A DNA stretch of 64,000 bases from Candidatus Kapaibacterium sp. Lineage in GTDB: Bacteria > Bacteroidota > Ignavibacteria > Kapaibacteriales > UBA2268. Location: NCBI GenBank assembly GCA_963664875.1, contig OY761611.1, positions 864,001-928,000 of the forward strand, given 5' to 3'. The stretch's first letter is position 1. The number at the start of each line of letters is the position of its first letter. The notes under the pieces are model-generated. The model was not told the origin of the DNA and made no database searches. It saw nothing but the letters and a program-made list of their open reading frames with translations. Positions 41,548 through 52,035 of the stretch are shown here, one piece after another. The translations under genes and the position numbers were made by a program.

Positions 41548-42252
41548 TTATGCTATTACAGGTGCCGGGTTCTTCAAATCAGATTCGATTAAACCGTCTC
41601 TGATTTTAATAATTCTGTGAGCATGCTTTGCTATATCTTCTTCGTGGGTAACTAAGATTATTGTATTCCCACCTTTCCATAAATCTGCAAACAACTGCAT
41701 GATTTCTTCGCCGGTTTTAGTATCTAAGTTACCCGTAGGCTCATCAGCAAGTATTATTGAAGGATTATTGACAAGGGCACGGGCTATGGCAACACGCTGT
41801 CTCTGTCCGCCTGACAACTCATTTGGTTTATGAGTCATTCTGTCTTCCAGACCTACTTTTTTTAAAGCAAGTTTTGCCTTTTCCTGTCTTTCCGATGCAG
41901 AAATACCTGCATAAATCAAAGGCAACTCTACATTCTTCAATGATGTAGCACGAGGAAGAAGATTAAAAGTCTGGAAAACAAATCCGATTTTTCTATTACG
42001 AATATCAGCTAACTGATTATCATTCATTCTGCTCACATCGGCTTCTTCTATCGCATATCTACCACCTGTCGGCGTGTCTAAACATCCAAGAATATTCATG
42101 AGAGTTGATTTACCTGAACCGGAAGGTCCCATGATAGCTACATACTCATTTTCGTGGATATCAACCGAAACTTCGCGTAAAGCAAAAACCTTTTCGCTAC
42201 CCATCTTATAGACTTTAGCTACCTTATCAATTTCGATAATGCGTTTCTTCAT
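41548..42252 (-). CDS. MacB/LolD-type ABC ATP-binding protein
   Basis: [41 protein letters not shown]. Start likely ATG 42252. Confidence 0.95.
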   Translation of the reverse strand: MKKRIIEIDKVAKVYKMGSEKVFALREVSVDIHENEYVAIMGPSGSGKSTLMNILGCLDTPTGGRYAIEEADVSRMNDNQLADIRNRKIGFVFQTFNLLPRATSLKNVELPLIYAGISASERQEKAKLALKKVGLEDRMTHKPNELSGGQRQRVAIARALVNNPSIILADEPTGNLDTKTGEEIMQLFADLWKGGNTIILVTHEEDIAKHAHRIIKIRDGLIESDLKNPAPVIA

Positions 42253-42265
42253 GTCAGACCTATCC

Positions 42266-43528
42266 TTATTCTTTTGTTTTTGCGTCTTTTTCTTTCTTAA
42301 TCTTAGAACCATCTTCCAGCAGCTTGCTTACGGCTGTAAAGTTTCCGGTTACTATTTCCTGTTTATCACTTAATCCGCTGACAATTTCAATAAAACCACT
42401 ATCGGAAACTCCTGTTTCGACAACAGTTTGTTTTACTGAATCACCTGAGACTACAAAAACTAATGAAGGAGGAATATCTGATTTTTCTACAGCTTCTTCA
42501 GTTTTAAACTGATTTGATTTCTGTTCTGTTTCATTTTGTTCTCTTTTATCAATGCGAACAGTTACTGCCTGCAAAGGAACAGAAAGCACATTATATTTTG
42601 TTTGCGTATTGATTTCTACATTGCAGCTCATACCGGGACGCATCTTAACATCTTTCTCGAGCAACCTAACTTTTACAGAGAAGTTTGTTACCTGATCTTG
42701 AGAGCCGAGCGATGATACTTGAGCAGAGTGCCCAATTTCAATTACCTGACCTAAAAACTTTTTATTAGGAAAAGCATCTACTTCAACATAAGCTGTGTCA
42801 CCAATATCAACCAAAACGATATCATTTTCATCTATATCAACCACTGCATTCATCACACTCAAATCAGAAACTCTAAGCATTTCTGTACCCTGCATCATCT
42901 CAGTGCCGACTACTTTTTCACCTTTTTCTACAGCAAGTTTTGTAACAGTACCTGCAATAGGAGCGTATATAGCAGTTCTTTCAGCATTCCTTTCGATTTC
43001 TCTGTATGCGGCTTCACTACGTTCCAAACCTGAAAGTGAGGATTTGTAGGCTGCCAGAGCAGTCTGATATGTACTTTCTGCTCTTTCGAAATCTGACTTA
43101 GAAGCAAATTCTTTTTTATAAAGCTCAGTTATTCTGGAAAGCTCTGATTTTGACCTTTCCATCTCAGCTTTTCTCATCTCAATTTCCATTTTTGAGGCAT
43201 CTAAACCGGCTTTATACTGATCTAAGCGCGTTTGGATGATGTCGGGCTTGATTTTGACTAAAAGCTGATTGGCAGAAACTGTATCGCCTTCCTCTATTCC
43301 GAGATAAATTATCTCTCCGCTTGTTTCCGGTGATATTTTAACCTCTGTTTCAGGATTGATTCTGCCTATTGCAGAGACTTTTTGCGATATAGTTCTTCTT
43401 TCAACTTTTTGTGTTTTTACAGTCAATATCTGCTCACGGCTACAAGCTGAAAACACCAAGCCAGCTAATAATATTGACATTACTGTTGTTTTGATATTGA
43501 AATACTTAGATGAAAACATATCTTCCAA
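42266..43528 (-). CDS. Efflux periplasmic adaptor subunit (MacA-like)
   Basis: Lipobox FSAC; lipoyl halves; IYAPIAGTV; MRPGMS; VPLQAV. Confidence 0.92.
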   Translation of the reverse strand: MEDMFSSKYFNIKTTVMSILLAGLVFSACSREQILTVKTQKVERRTISQKVSAIGRINPETEVKISPETSGEIIYLGIEEGDTVSANQLLVKIKPDIIQTRLDQYKAGLDASKMEIEMRKAEMERSKSELSRITELYKKEFASKSDFERAESTYQTALAAYKSSLSGLERSEAAYREIERNAERTAIYAPIAGTVTKLAVEKGEKVVGTEMMQGTEMLRVSDLSVMNAVVDIDENDIVLVDIGDTAYVEVDAFPNKKFLGQVIEIGHSAQVSSLGSQDQVTNFSVKVRLLEKDVKMRPGMSCNVEINTQTKYNVLSVPLQAVTVRIDKREQNETEQKSNQFKTEEAVEKSDIPPSLVFVVSGDSVKQTVVETGVSDSGFIEIVSGLSDKQEIVTGNFTAVSKLLEDGSKIKKEKDAKTKE

Positions 43529-43543
43529 ATCCCGGATATTATT

Positions 43544-44185
43544 TTATATATTTCTTACTTTTTGAGCTTCTTCATCTGTCATTATTTCTGCTTTATAATA
43601 GACAGCAGTTTTTGCTATTAAGTCATGCAATGCTTGTTTCTTTTCAGAAAGTACGACAAAACAGCCAATAAATGCTATAACTCCGAATATTGATCCAAAT
43701 GTGCTTACCAAAGTCATTGATGTAACGAGGAAAAGTACATTTACTACCATTGAAATATTTTTCAAAGAAGCTCTGACTATAAGCGTATTAATGCTTGCCC
43801 ATGTTCTGTTAGAATTAGCAATCCTTAGTCCAAGCATCATTTTGCCAAGAGAAGCTCCGTAAATTACTTCCAACGAATAATAGAGAATACCCAATACTGT
43901 AGAGTACATGGTAATTTCATAGCCAATAGCTTCCATTTCCGCTATTGTATTCGGATCAGCTATACCGCCTTCCATTCCGGCTCCGATTATTGATGAGAAC
44001 TGTTCTAAATAAACTCCGAAAATTCCGGTAATAGAAAGAACAATAAGCAAAGCTGCAGAATAAATGACTACATCAATAAGCCATGCTGCAAATCTTTTTC
44101 CGAAGCCAACCCGAAAGTCTAACTCATCAACATAATCATACTGTTCGTAGTCAGGCAAATTTGAATTATTTAGATTTTCGCTCAT
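43544..44185 (-). CDS. RDD-family membrane protein
   Basis: GFGKRFAAWLID, GASLGKMMLGLRI, QALHDLIAKT. Confidence 0.9.
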   Translation of the reverse strand: MSENLNNSNLPDYEQYDYVDELDFRVGFGKRFAAWLIDVVIYSAALLIVLSITGIFGVYLEQFSSIIGAGMEGGIADPNTIAEMEAIGYEITMYSTVLGILYYSLEVIYGASLGKMMLGLRIANSNRTWASINTLIVRASLKNISMVVNVLFLVTSMTLVSTFGSIFGVIAFIGCFVVLSEKKQALHDLIAKTAVYYKAEIMTDEEAQKVRNI

Positions 44186-44210
44186 CACAAACCCCTTTTT
44201 GAAAATATTT

Positions 44211-45539
44211 TTAGAACTCACCTATAGAATAAAGCAACTCATTTTTTGCTTTATAATAATCATACACTGAATTTACTAAATTTATCTTAGTAGTAACTAA
44301 TTGCAAATTTGCATCATGCAGCTCATTTATAGATGCAGAGCCAACTTGGAATCTTTCTTTTGCACTTTCATAATTTCTTTCTGCAGATTTTATAGATTTC
44401 TGAGTGATTTCGAGTGTCTTTTCTGCTGCTTTGAGTGCTACATAAGCCATTTGAACCTGAGTTTTTACCTGCTGTTCTGTTCTTTCTTTTTCGACTTTGC
44501 TTTGCTCCACCTGAAGTTTTGCATTTTCGACCTGTCTGTCAGTAGAAAAGTTTGCAAAGATTGGCATACTTAGCGAAACACCTACGCTTGGAGACCCCTG
44601 ATCGAATCCTCCCCATTCACTGTTGCTCCAGGACCAACCGCCATTTGCTCTAATAACCGGAAGGTAATTAGCTCGAGCTGAACGGACAGATGTTTCAGCA
44701 ACTTCAATATTTATTTGACTCGCAGTCAAATCTTTTCTATTACTAACTGCTTGCTCTACCAAACCTGCAAAATTGCTGTACTTATCATTAAAAGCATCTA
44801 TTTCTGCATTGGTAATTGTTTCAGGCAAGCTGATTTTTTGAAATTCTGCACTTTCAACAGGATTTAACCCCATGTAGGCGAGCAAATCTGCTTTTGCCAT
44901 ACTAAGCTGGTTCTCGGAAGTTACAATTTGAAGTTCTCTATTGCCAAGGTCAGCTTCCTGAGCATAAACAGAACCAACAGGAATAACCCCTGCTTCGTAT
45001 TGAGCTTTTATGCGTTCTAACTCTTTGTTGCCCAAGTCAAAATTTTCTTTTCGGATTTCGACTATTCTATAGCTTTTAATGATTTCTATATACTTTTTAA
45101 TCACTTCGACTTTGACGTAGTCAATAGTCTGTTTATGACGGTAGTCATAAGCATCTTTTGTTTTGATAGCCCTATCATAATTTGCCTCTCTGGAAAATCC
45201 GTCAAAGAGAGTCCATGAAGCATTAGCGTTCATATAGTAACTATTCTGATCATTAACTGCTATTGGTATATTTGTACCACTGAAATTAAATGTCTTCTTT
45301 TCTTTCAAATCACGAGTATATCCCATATTAAAACTAATAGATGGAAGATACAATCCGAAGGCATTTACAAGGTCAGACTGAGTATTAGCAAGCTGAGCTT
45401 CACTCAGGTGAATATCATAATTCTTTTTGAGTGCTGTATTCAAGCATTCAGTAAGATTATATTCTTTAGTAGCTCCGGTAGTTTGAGCAAAAGAAGCTAA
45501 TGAACTCAAAATAAAAACAAAAACGATGACTTTTCGCAT
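44211..45539 (-). CDS. TolC-family outer-membrane efflux protein
   Basis: Signal peptide; two OEP repeats (YLPSIS..WTLFDG; YLPVIR..MPIFAN); ERFQVG. Confidence 0.92.
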   Translation of the reverse strand: MRKVIVFVFILSSLASFAQTTGATKEYNLTECLNTALKKNYDIHLSEAQLANTQSDLVNAFGLYLPSISFNMGYTRDLKEKKTFNFSGTNIPIAVNDQNSYYMNANASWTLFDGFSREANYDRAIKTKDAYDYRHKQTIDYVKVEVIKKYIEIIKSYRIVEIRKENFDLGNKELERIKAQYEAGVIPVGSVYAQEADLGNRELQIVTSENQLSMAKADLLAYMGLNPVESAEFQKISLPETITNAEIDAFNDKYSNFAGLVEQAVSNRKDLTASQINIEVAETSVRSARANYLPVIRANGGWSWSNSEWGGFDQGSPSVGVSLSMPIFANFSTDRQVENAKLQVEQSKVEKERTEQQVKTQVQMAYVALKAAEKTLEITQKSIKSAERNYESAKERFQVGSASINELHDANLQLVTTKINLVNSVYDYYKAKNELLYSIGEF

Positions 45540-45623
45540 TTAAACACCAATTACTTAGTACAATACGAATAAATATACGGAAATTTCTAAAACTTGTTAC
45601 ACTTCGTGTTAAGATTTGAAGTT

Positions 45624-47096
45624 TTATTTCGGAGGATAGCTTTTTGGGGCAGACAGGTTACCTCTTGCATCTTTTGCAGAGATAGAAAATACAAAAGGTT
45701 TAGATGCATCTTTTGGCACAAAAGAAAAGGATTGAGTCCAAATAAGTTCTGACTTATTTTCTTTGAATTGACCTGCAAGTTCGGAATAGACAGCGTTGCC
45801 TTCTATCACAAAATCGCTCACATAGTTTTCTTTTCCGTCCACTATCCCATGTGATTTAGTCCATACATAAATCTGCTTATCAGACATCAACTGCAATCTC
45901 TCTATTTGAGGTTTTTCAAAATCTTTTATTTTGATATAGTATTTCTGCCCGTAAATCTGATTATCTGATTTGCGGAAAAATACAAAATCCTGTCCAATAT
46001 CATTTGCAGAAGGAGTGAAGTTTATCATTTCACCTTGCGAATATGCTACTGTCGTTCCTGATGAGTTTTGTAGAAAAGCCTCCAATTTATTGAAACTGGT
46101 TAGCGGAAGAGCAGGATCTATCTTGTAGGCTACATTTGGATACATTGCTTTAGGCAATTGAGGCTCAGATATTCTTAAAGGTTCAACTTTGAATCTTGCC
46201 CATGTGTTTTGCTGGTCATTTCTTTTGACAAATAGAGTAACAGTCATATCTCCATAACTTGGAGTAACACCTTCTATAATTATAGAATCCTTTCCAATGT
46301 AAGTAATTTCTGCAGAAGCAGATTCAGGTATCACTTCTATCTTTGGTCTGGAATCAAAAGTAAATGTTCGATTATCTATACCGGAGATTATACACTTGTT
46401 TTTCCATTTTTTGCGAGCTAAAGCAGTAACTTTACTTTGCTCGAAAAACAGATTCAAATCTACATTTGCAAAACCGGATGAATAATTAGGATTCAAAACA
46501 TTTTGCCGATTATTTGCATTCTGTTCGTCATTAGCTGATGTGTTATTATTAGCAATATTTAGCTCTCTTCCGGAGATAAATTCCCCGCTTCCTTCGATAA
46601 ATACATTAAGCAAGAACTCTGTATTAGCAGTAATGCTTTTGCCTGAAGAAATATCGACAGCCGTTCCGGTAATTTTTACTATATATTCCGTATTTTCCAG
46701 ACGATCTACAGGAGGATTCCAAACGAATTCTGCAGATTTGAGATGTTCAATTTTTTTCATTGAAAAGTGAGGATTCGCAGCGATATTTACCTTCTGAATT
46801 TCAGAATTATTCTGATTCAATACCCTTACAGAATACTCTACATTTTTTACATCGCCTTGGAAGTGAATGATATTAATAGAATCTAAGTAAGTTAATATTG
46901 GCTCTGAGTCTCTGAATTCAATCTTACAATTAAGCAAAGTCTTTTCCGGCCAAATCTCAAAAGAGCTACTAAAAAAACCGCTCCCTGAACTATCAGAAAA
47001 CTTCAGTTTCCCCGGTAGCAAAAAAATCAAGGCAGCAATATATAAAACAAAATATATCTCTACCTGACGTTTCCTTTTGATAGGCTTTATTTTCAT
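45624..47096 (-). CDS. GldM/PorM-like bitopic protein (divergent)
   Basis: Basic N-terminus RKRQ, single TM VEIYFVLYIAALIFLL, then a large beta-rich periplasmic part; TAATG overlap with the GldL-like gene. Confidence 0.5.
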   Translation of the reverse strand: MKIKPIKRKRQVEIYFVLYIAALIFLLPGKLKFSDSSGSGFFSSSFEIWPEKTLLNCKIEFRDSEPILTYLDSINIIHFQGDVKNVEYSVRVLNQNNSEIQKVNIAANPHFSMKKIEHLKSAEFVWNPPVDRLENTEYIVKITGTAVDISSGKSITANTEFLLNVFIEGSGEFISGRELNIANNNTSANDEQNANNRQNVLNPNYSSGFANVDLNLFFEQSKVTALARKKWKNKCIISGIDNRTFTFDSRPKIEVIPESASAEITYIGKDSIIIEGVTPSYGDMTVTLFVKRNDQQNTWARFKVEPLRISEPQLPKAMYPNVAYKIDPALPLTSFNKLEAFLQNSSGTTVAYSQGEMINFTPSANDIGQDFVFFRKSDNQIYGQKYYIKIKDFEKPQIERLQLMSDKQIYVWTKSHGIVDGKENYVSDFVIEGNAVYSELAGQFKENKSELIWTQSFSFVPKDASKPFVFSISAKDARGNLSAPKSYPPK

Positions 47097-47884
47097 TAGC
47101 TATTTACTCTTTGAACAAGTATTTTTTCTAATTCGCCTCTGACAGCAGCTTGTATTTCTTTTTCCTTTATGGAATGTGCTGTGGTGCTAAGTTCCTCTAT
47201 AGCAAATTTGAATTTTTTCAGTTCCTCATTTGTTTCACGCATAGTGTCGAGCATTTGGTCATTTGGCTTAATTTTTTTATCTGTCTGCTCAATTATTTCA
47301 GCCATCATCGAAAGCATCTTGGTCTGCAGTTCGTAAGATTTATTCATATTGTCAGTCAGTTGTTCCATTTGCACTACAACAGCTGCAAAGTCTCGTCCTA
47401 TCTCGCCGATTTCAGTTACAAGTTCATTGATAAGGTCATCCTCGTCCTTTTCATCTTCAAACTGCACCATATCGTCATTCGGAGAAAAAAGCATAACTAA
47501 AAACATAAACAGAAGCATAAGAGATTCGAAAGCAATGCCAAGAATCACCATTTCGCCGCTAACATGTTCACTGAACTGTCTGATACCAATCAGTACAAGC
47601 AAAATTGCAGCCCCAAAATAGACAAATGAGCTTATGGAAGAATAATAGAATCTATTTACAACTTCTTCCATCCAAAGCGCAGTACCCTTGATAAATCCCA
47701 ATGGATGCATCAAGCTGACTTCAGTATTAATAAATTTGCTCAAATCTCTTTCTTTCACACAGATAGACCACATGATAAAAAGAGTAGGAACACCTGCTCT
47801 CTGCCTTTCGTATCTTAGCTCGAAAAAAATATCTCTTAGTAGTTTCCTACCTCTAAGAGACTGTAGTGTATCTATCTTTTGCAT
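47096..47884 (-). CDS. GldL/PorL-like membrane protein (divergent)
   Basis: TM pair VYFGAAILLVLIGIRQF..GEMVILGIAFESLML..FSP resembles GldL (GAA..G..E..FEP), followed by a cytoplasmic coiled coil. Start ATG 47884 overlaps the lptF/G stop. Confidence 0.6.
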   Translation of the reverse strand: MQKIDTLQSLRGRKLLRDIFFELRYERQRAGVPTLFIMWSICVKERDLSKFINTEVSLMHPLGFIKGTALWMEEVVNRFYYSSISSFVYFGAAILLVLIGIRQFSEHVSGEMVILGIAFESLMLLFMFLVMLFSPNDDMVQFEDEKDEDDLINELVTEIGEIGRDFAAVVVQMEQLTDNMNKSYELQTKMLSMMAEIIEQTDKKIKPNDQMLDTMRETNEELKKFKFAIEELSTTAHSIKEKEIQAAVRGELEKILVQRVNS

Positions 47885-48963
47885 TATGTTCTCGATTTTA
47901 ATACAACAATTACACCGATAAAAAAGAAGATAATGTTTGCAAGCCAAGCGCTTAGTATCGGTTCCATACCCATAGTGTTTCCAATGGTTTTGCCTACTTC
48001 CGTAAAAATCAGATAGGAAAATGCCGCAATCATTGCAGCAGCTATTTGCACAGCTATACCTCCTTTCTTCCTAACAGAAGCAAAAGGCACACCAAAAAGA
48101 ACAACTATAAAGTTAGCAAAAGGAAAAGCAATCATACCATGATAATCTATTATGTGATTGGTCACGTCTTTGCCACCCCTCTTGAGCAATTCGATATATT
48201 CTTCATATTCCGGCAATGTCATTTCTTCAGGCTCTCTTTTGAGCTGAGCTATCTGATGATGTTTTGTATTCAAAGATACTTTTAAAGAATCAAATACGTA
48301 AACAGATACAGAATCTTTCCAAAACTTCCTGCTAATACCATTGATTAGCAGCCACTTCCCTGTACTATCCCACTGCATCTTTTGAGCTTCTATTCTACTT
48401 TTGAGTCTTGGTTGCATTTTAGAAGTAAACTCTTCAATAGCAACTGTATTGCCTTCACGCCTATCAGGATTGTAATAGCTTAAAATTAAATTTTTCAGAG
48501 GAGTGTCTTTCATGTACAAATCGTAAATGGAACCGCCCTTCCCTGTCTTTTTGAGATATACTTTTTCTATTTCTAATTTTGTCTGGTTTGCCTGTGGCAC
48601 AATCCAGCCATTGAAATATAATTGCCCCAACGAAAAAACAAAACTGATAACAAGCATAGGTAACATCATACGATATAAACTCAATCCGCCTGTTTTCATA
48701 GCAGTGATTTCATTCATCGTAGATAATTTTCCAAATGTAAACAGAACTGCAAGCAGCATCCCAATTGGAGTCAATATTTTTAAAATTTCAGGGAACAAAG
48801 ACAGATAATATTTGGCTATTAGAGAAAACTCCAGCTTTTCGCGTAGGAACTCCTCTAAATTTTCCATCAGATTAACGATAAGGAAAATCACACAAAGAGC
48901 AATCAATGCAAAAAACAATGTGCTGATAAACTGTTTTAGTATATATCTGTCAATCAGATTCAT
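47884..48963 (-). CDS. LPS export permease, LptF/LptG family
   Basis: IDRYILKQF, NEITAMKTGGLSLYR, AFPF, LSAWLANIIF. Confidence 0.93.
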   Translation of the reverse strand: MNLIDRYILKQFISTLFFALIALCVIFLIVNLMENLEEFLREKLEFSLIAKYYLSLFPEILKILTPIGMLLAVLFTFGKLSTMNEITAMKTGGLSLYRMMLPMLVISFVFSLGQLYFNGWIVPQANQTKLEIEKVYLKKTGKGGSIYDLYMKDTPLKNLILSYYNPDRREGNTVAIEEFTSKMQPRLKSRIEAQKMQWDSTGKWLLINGISRKFWKDSVSVYVFDSLKVSLNTKHHQIAQLKREPEEMTLPEYEEYIELLKRGGKDVTNHIIDYHGMIAFPFANFIVVLFGVPFASVRKKGGIAVQIAAAMIAAFSYLIFTEVGKTIGNTMGMEPILSAWLANIIFFFIGVIVVLKSRT

Positions 48964-51207
48964 TTATGCCTTCTTCTCAAAATAATAAACTGCACCAATC
49001 CCTAAAAGTGATGCCAGCAATGTAATAATACTAATAGTTTTTCCGGTATTGAGCGTATCAGAATCATAGTACATTTTTATTTGACTTTTACCTTTACTGA
49101 CAGGCAAAGCTCTAAAGGAGTAATTTGCATTTAGCACTTCAGTAGTTTTGCCATTTATTTCAGCTTTCCAAGCTGGGTAATAAATTTCGCTAAAAACGAT
49201 AAAAGCATTTGCATCCGACTCGACTTCTAATTCTATCTCATTAGCTTCATATTTTTTGAAGTTTATGTTACTAACGCTACCTTCGGAAGTTTGATGATTC
49301 ACATCTTTGGTGAAAATAACTTCTTTCGAGTAGTCAAATTCGTCAGCTCTCATCTTTTTGTCTATTTCTTCAGCACTAACCACTTTTTTAGAGTAAACAA
49401 GCCATGCTCTTGGGAACATATTAGGCTTTTCAAAAAATTGAGGTTGACCTGTCTGTTGATCTATTCCGATTTCATACTTAACATTATATAGATTATTAAC
49501 CTTATCACGACCTTCTATCGGTGGCAAAACATTAGCCAATATCAAAGGATTGTATCCTTCAGTCAATTGGATTCTGTCAATCATACCTTGATTTCTGTTA
49601 AATGCCATGAAAGAAGGATTATACATCCTCGAATTTACACGATATTGATTATTTGGGTCATCAGGAGTAAAAAGCTCAACCAGAGACCTATCTATTACAT
49701 ATTTTGATTCAGGATTTTCTTTTGAAGCATTAAAATCAGCAGTTGCAAAGTATAAATCTCCAAATACTAATAATGCAAGTAAGATGCCGGCAATTGAAGT
49801 AGGCATTTTCTTTTTAGCAAGAAAACGAACAAACAACAATGCAATACCTGACATCAAAAAGAGAAGTGTGCCCTGCATTGTTACACCTTTTTCAATTTGC
49901 TGAGGAGTATCAAACAAGGAAGACGTCCCTCCTGCCAAAGTAATCACACCAAAAAGAATTCCGACACCAAATACTATGTAAATCCATTTTTTGATTTCAT
50001 TAAAATCAGTTTTTGCAGCAAAATCAATAGCTTTACCTGCAAATACGGAGAACGCAAGAATAAAGAAAAGCATCATCCTTGCAGGCATTCTAAAAGAATC
50101 AAAGAGAGGTAAACCATAAAAAATCTTATGGATAAAGAAATTATCTCCGAGCGAATAAAGCAATCCAAGCAATCCCATTGCAAGCAAAAAGATATTTAAA
50201 GGCTCTTTATAATTAAGAACCAAATAAAATATTCCCAGTAAAAATACAATAGCTCCAAAATAAAAGGCAGTTTCCCAATAGTAATAATAAGGAAGCTGAG
50301 TGCTTCCATCTGAAAGATAAAACGGAAACTTATTATTTCTTTCAGGTAACATCTTGCCAAATGCATTTGGCAGCAAAGTACCACTTATCTGTTTAATCTG
50401 CAATGAGCCTTCAGTAGATTTCTCGTAAGTCATTTCGTTTCTTTGAGAAAGTTTTGCAAGTTCGGAAGAAGGCAAATATTGAATAGCAAATATTCCGACT
50501 CCAATCACAAAAGGCAGCAAAAAAGATAAAACTATTTTGACTTTGCTGCTTTCCTGAGATTTGAACATCAAAACTACTTTAAAGATGCTAAATATGCCAA
50601 GGTAAAACACTTCAAAAAGGGTCATCTGTGGATGTCCCGAAAGCATACTGAAACCGAGAATCAAACCGGAGTATATTGCAAATTGTACTTTCCTTTCTTC
50701 AAAGGCTTTGTCCAAAAATGCGATTACAAGAGGGAACCATGCCATGTGATAAATCATCATAGGATGAATTACGTGCATCACCATTAGTCCACTAAATGAG
50801 TATGCCACAGATGATATTAAAGCTCCGCCTTGACCCGACTTCCACTGCCGAGCAAGTATATACATAGAAATTTGTGCAATGAGAAAATGAAAGATAACAA
50901 GTAATTGCAATGGCTCAACCGGCAACTTGCCGTTTTCGACAAAAAAGTCCATTAAGCGGTTCAGCGGATAATAATACCCTACCTGCAAATCAGCAATAAA
51001 TGGCATACCTACAAAGGTGTATGGATTCCAAAACGGAGTCTCTCCCTTAGCGGATTCGGAAGCGGCATAAGATTGGACAGGATACACATACTCTGCAAAG
51101 TCTTCCCAAAAATAGGTTTTACCGCTTATTTGACTACCAAAAAAGACAAAAGTAGTGATAGCAAAGAATAAAATAATACCCCAAAAAGGTATCTTAAAAT
51201 CTTTCAT
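48964..51207 (-). CDS. YfhO-family GT-C-like membrane glycosyltransferase
   Basis: PFWNPYTFVGMPF, YYPLN, GHPQ, FRMPAR, PRAWLV, SEIYYPAWKA. Start likely ATG 51207. Confidence 0.85.
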   Translation of the reverse strand: MKDFKIPFWGIILFFAITTFVFFGSQISGKTYFWEDFAEYVYPVQSYAASESAKGETPFWNPYTFVGMPFIADLQVGYYYPLNRLMDFFVENGKLPVEPLQLLVIFHFLIAQISMYILARQWKSGQGGALISSVAYSFSGLMVMHVIHPMMIYHMAWFPLVIAFLDKAFEERKVQFAIYSGLILGFSMLSGHPQMTLFEVFYLGIFSIFKVVLMFKSQESSKVKIVLSFLLPFVIGVGIFAIQYLPSSELAKLSQRNEMTYEKSTEGSLQIKQISGTLLPNAFGKMLPERNNKFPFYLSDGSTQLPYYYYWETAFYFGAIVFLLGIFYLVLNYKEPLNIFLLAMGLLGLLYSLGDNFFIHKIFYGLPLFDSFRMPARMMLFFILAFSVFAGKAIDFAAKTDFNEIKKWIYIVFGVGILFGVITLAGGTSSLFDTPQQIEKGVTMQGTLLFLMSGIALLFVRFLAKKKMPTSIAGILLALLVFGDLYFATADFNASKENPESKYVIDRSLVELFTPDDPNNQYRVNSRMYNPSFMAFNRNQGMIDRIQLTEGYNPLILANVLPPIEGRDKVNNLYNVKYEIGIDQQTGQPQFFEKPNMFPRAWLVYSKKVVSAEEIDKKMRADEFDYSKEVIFTKDVNHQTSEGSVSNINFKKYEANEIELEVESDANAFIVFSEIYYPAWKAEINGKTTEVLNANYSFRALPVSKGKSQIKMYYDSDTLNTGKTISIITLLASLLGIGAVYYFEKKA

Positions 51208-51208
51208 T

Positions 51209-51952
51209 TTATTTTCCTGATTTTTGTGCAATTACAATTATGGATAACCCAAATGGTAAAGATATCGAAGGCAAGAGTTTAGATTCCAAAGCAAATATCT
51301 TGTGAAACAATTTGTTCATTCCCGGCGATACTTTATCAACAGGATCTTTATGTTTCTCTTCTTTACCTGTAATTTTGTCAATTTTACGCTTTAAAAAGGC
51401 AGGTAAAAATAGAAACGAATTGAAATAACTTGAATATTTTACTTTAAAACCTGAGTTTTCGATTCGATTGAGTACTTCTGCTTTAGTATATCTCCGATAG
51501 TGCATATGAATTTCATCATGTTTGCTCCACATCCAACTATACGCCGGAACTGTCATTACATAATAAGCACCCTCTTTCAGAATCGAATGTACATCATTCA
51601 ATGCTGTCCTATCATCTTCGATATGTTCGAGCACATCGAGCATGATCGCAGCATCAAACTTCTCCACTTCAGGAGGAAGACTATCTATGGTAGAATTATA
51701 GAGATTGCTCAATCCTCTTTTCCTGCAATAATCAAGAGCAGTCTCAGATGTATCCAGACATGAGATATTGTAATCTTTAGAAATGTAAGAAGCAAAACCA
51801 CCTGTTCCGCATCCAATATCTAAAATTCTGGATTGCTCAGAGAGCGATGGTATTATTTTTTTTATGATTTTAGAAATGATGATATTTCTTGCAGTGAACC
51901 ACCAATATGTATCTTCATTTTGGTAATTTGTGTGATAAACTATTTCTTGCAT
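51209..51952 (-). CDS. Class I SAM-dependent methyltransferase
   Basis: EDTYWWF..R, ILDIGCGTG, LDVLEHIEDD, TVPAY..WSKHD..HYRRY. Confidence 0.9.
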   Translation of the reverse strand: MQEIVYHTNYQNEDTYWWFTARNIIISKIIKKIIPSLSEQSRILDIGCGTGGFASYISKDYNISCLDTSETALDYCRKRGLSNLYNSTIDSLPPEVEKFDAAIMLDVLEHIEDDRTALNDVHSILKEGAYYVMTVPAYSWMWSKHDEIHMHYRRYTKAEVLNRIENSGFKVKYSSYFNSFLFLPAFLKRKIDKITGKEEKHKDPVDKVSPGMNKLFHKIFALESKLLPSISLPFGLSIIVIAQKSGK

Positions 51953-52035
51953 CTATATACTTATTTATTTTAATCTTACAAAGTATTGCAATTTAAAGGC
52001 TGCTATCTTATAAAACAAGTATTTAGTTGCAATAA

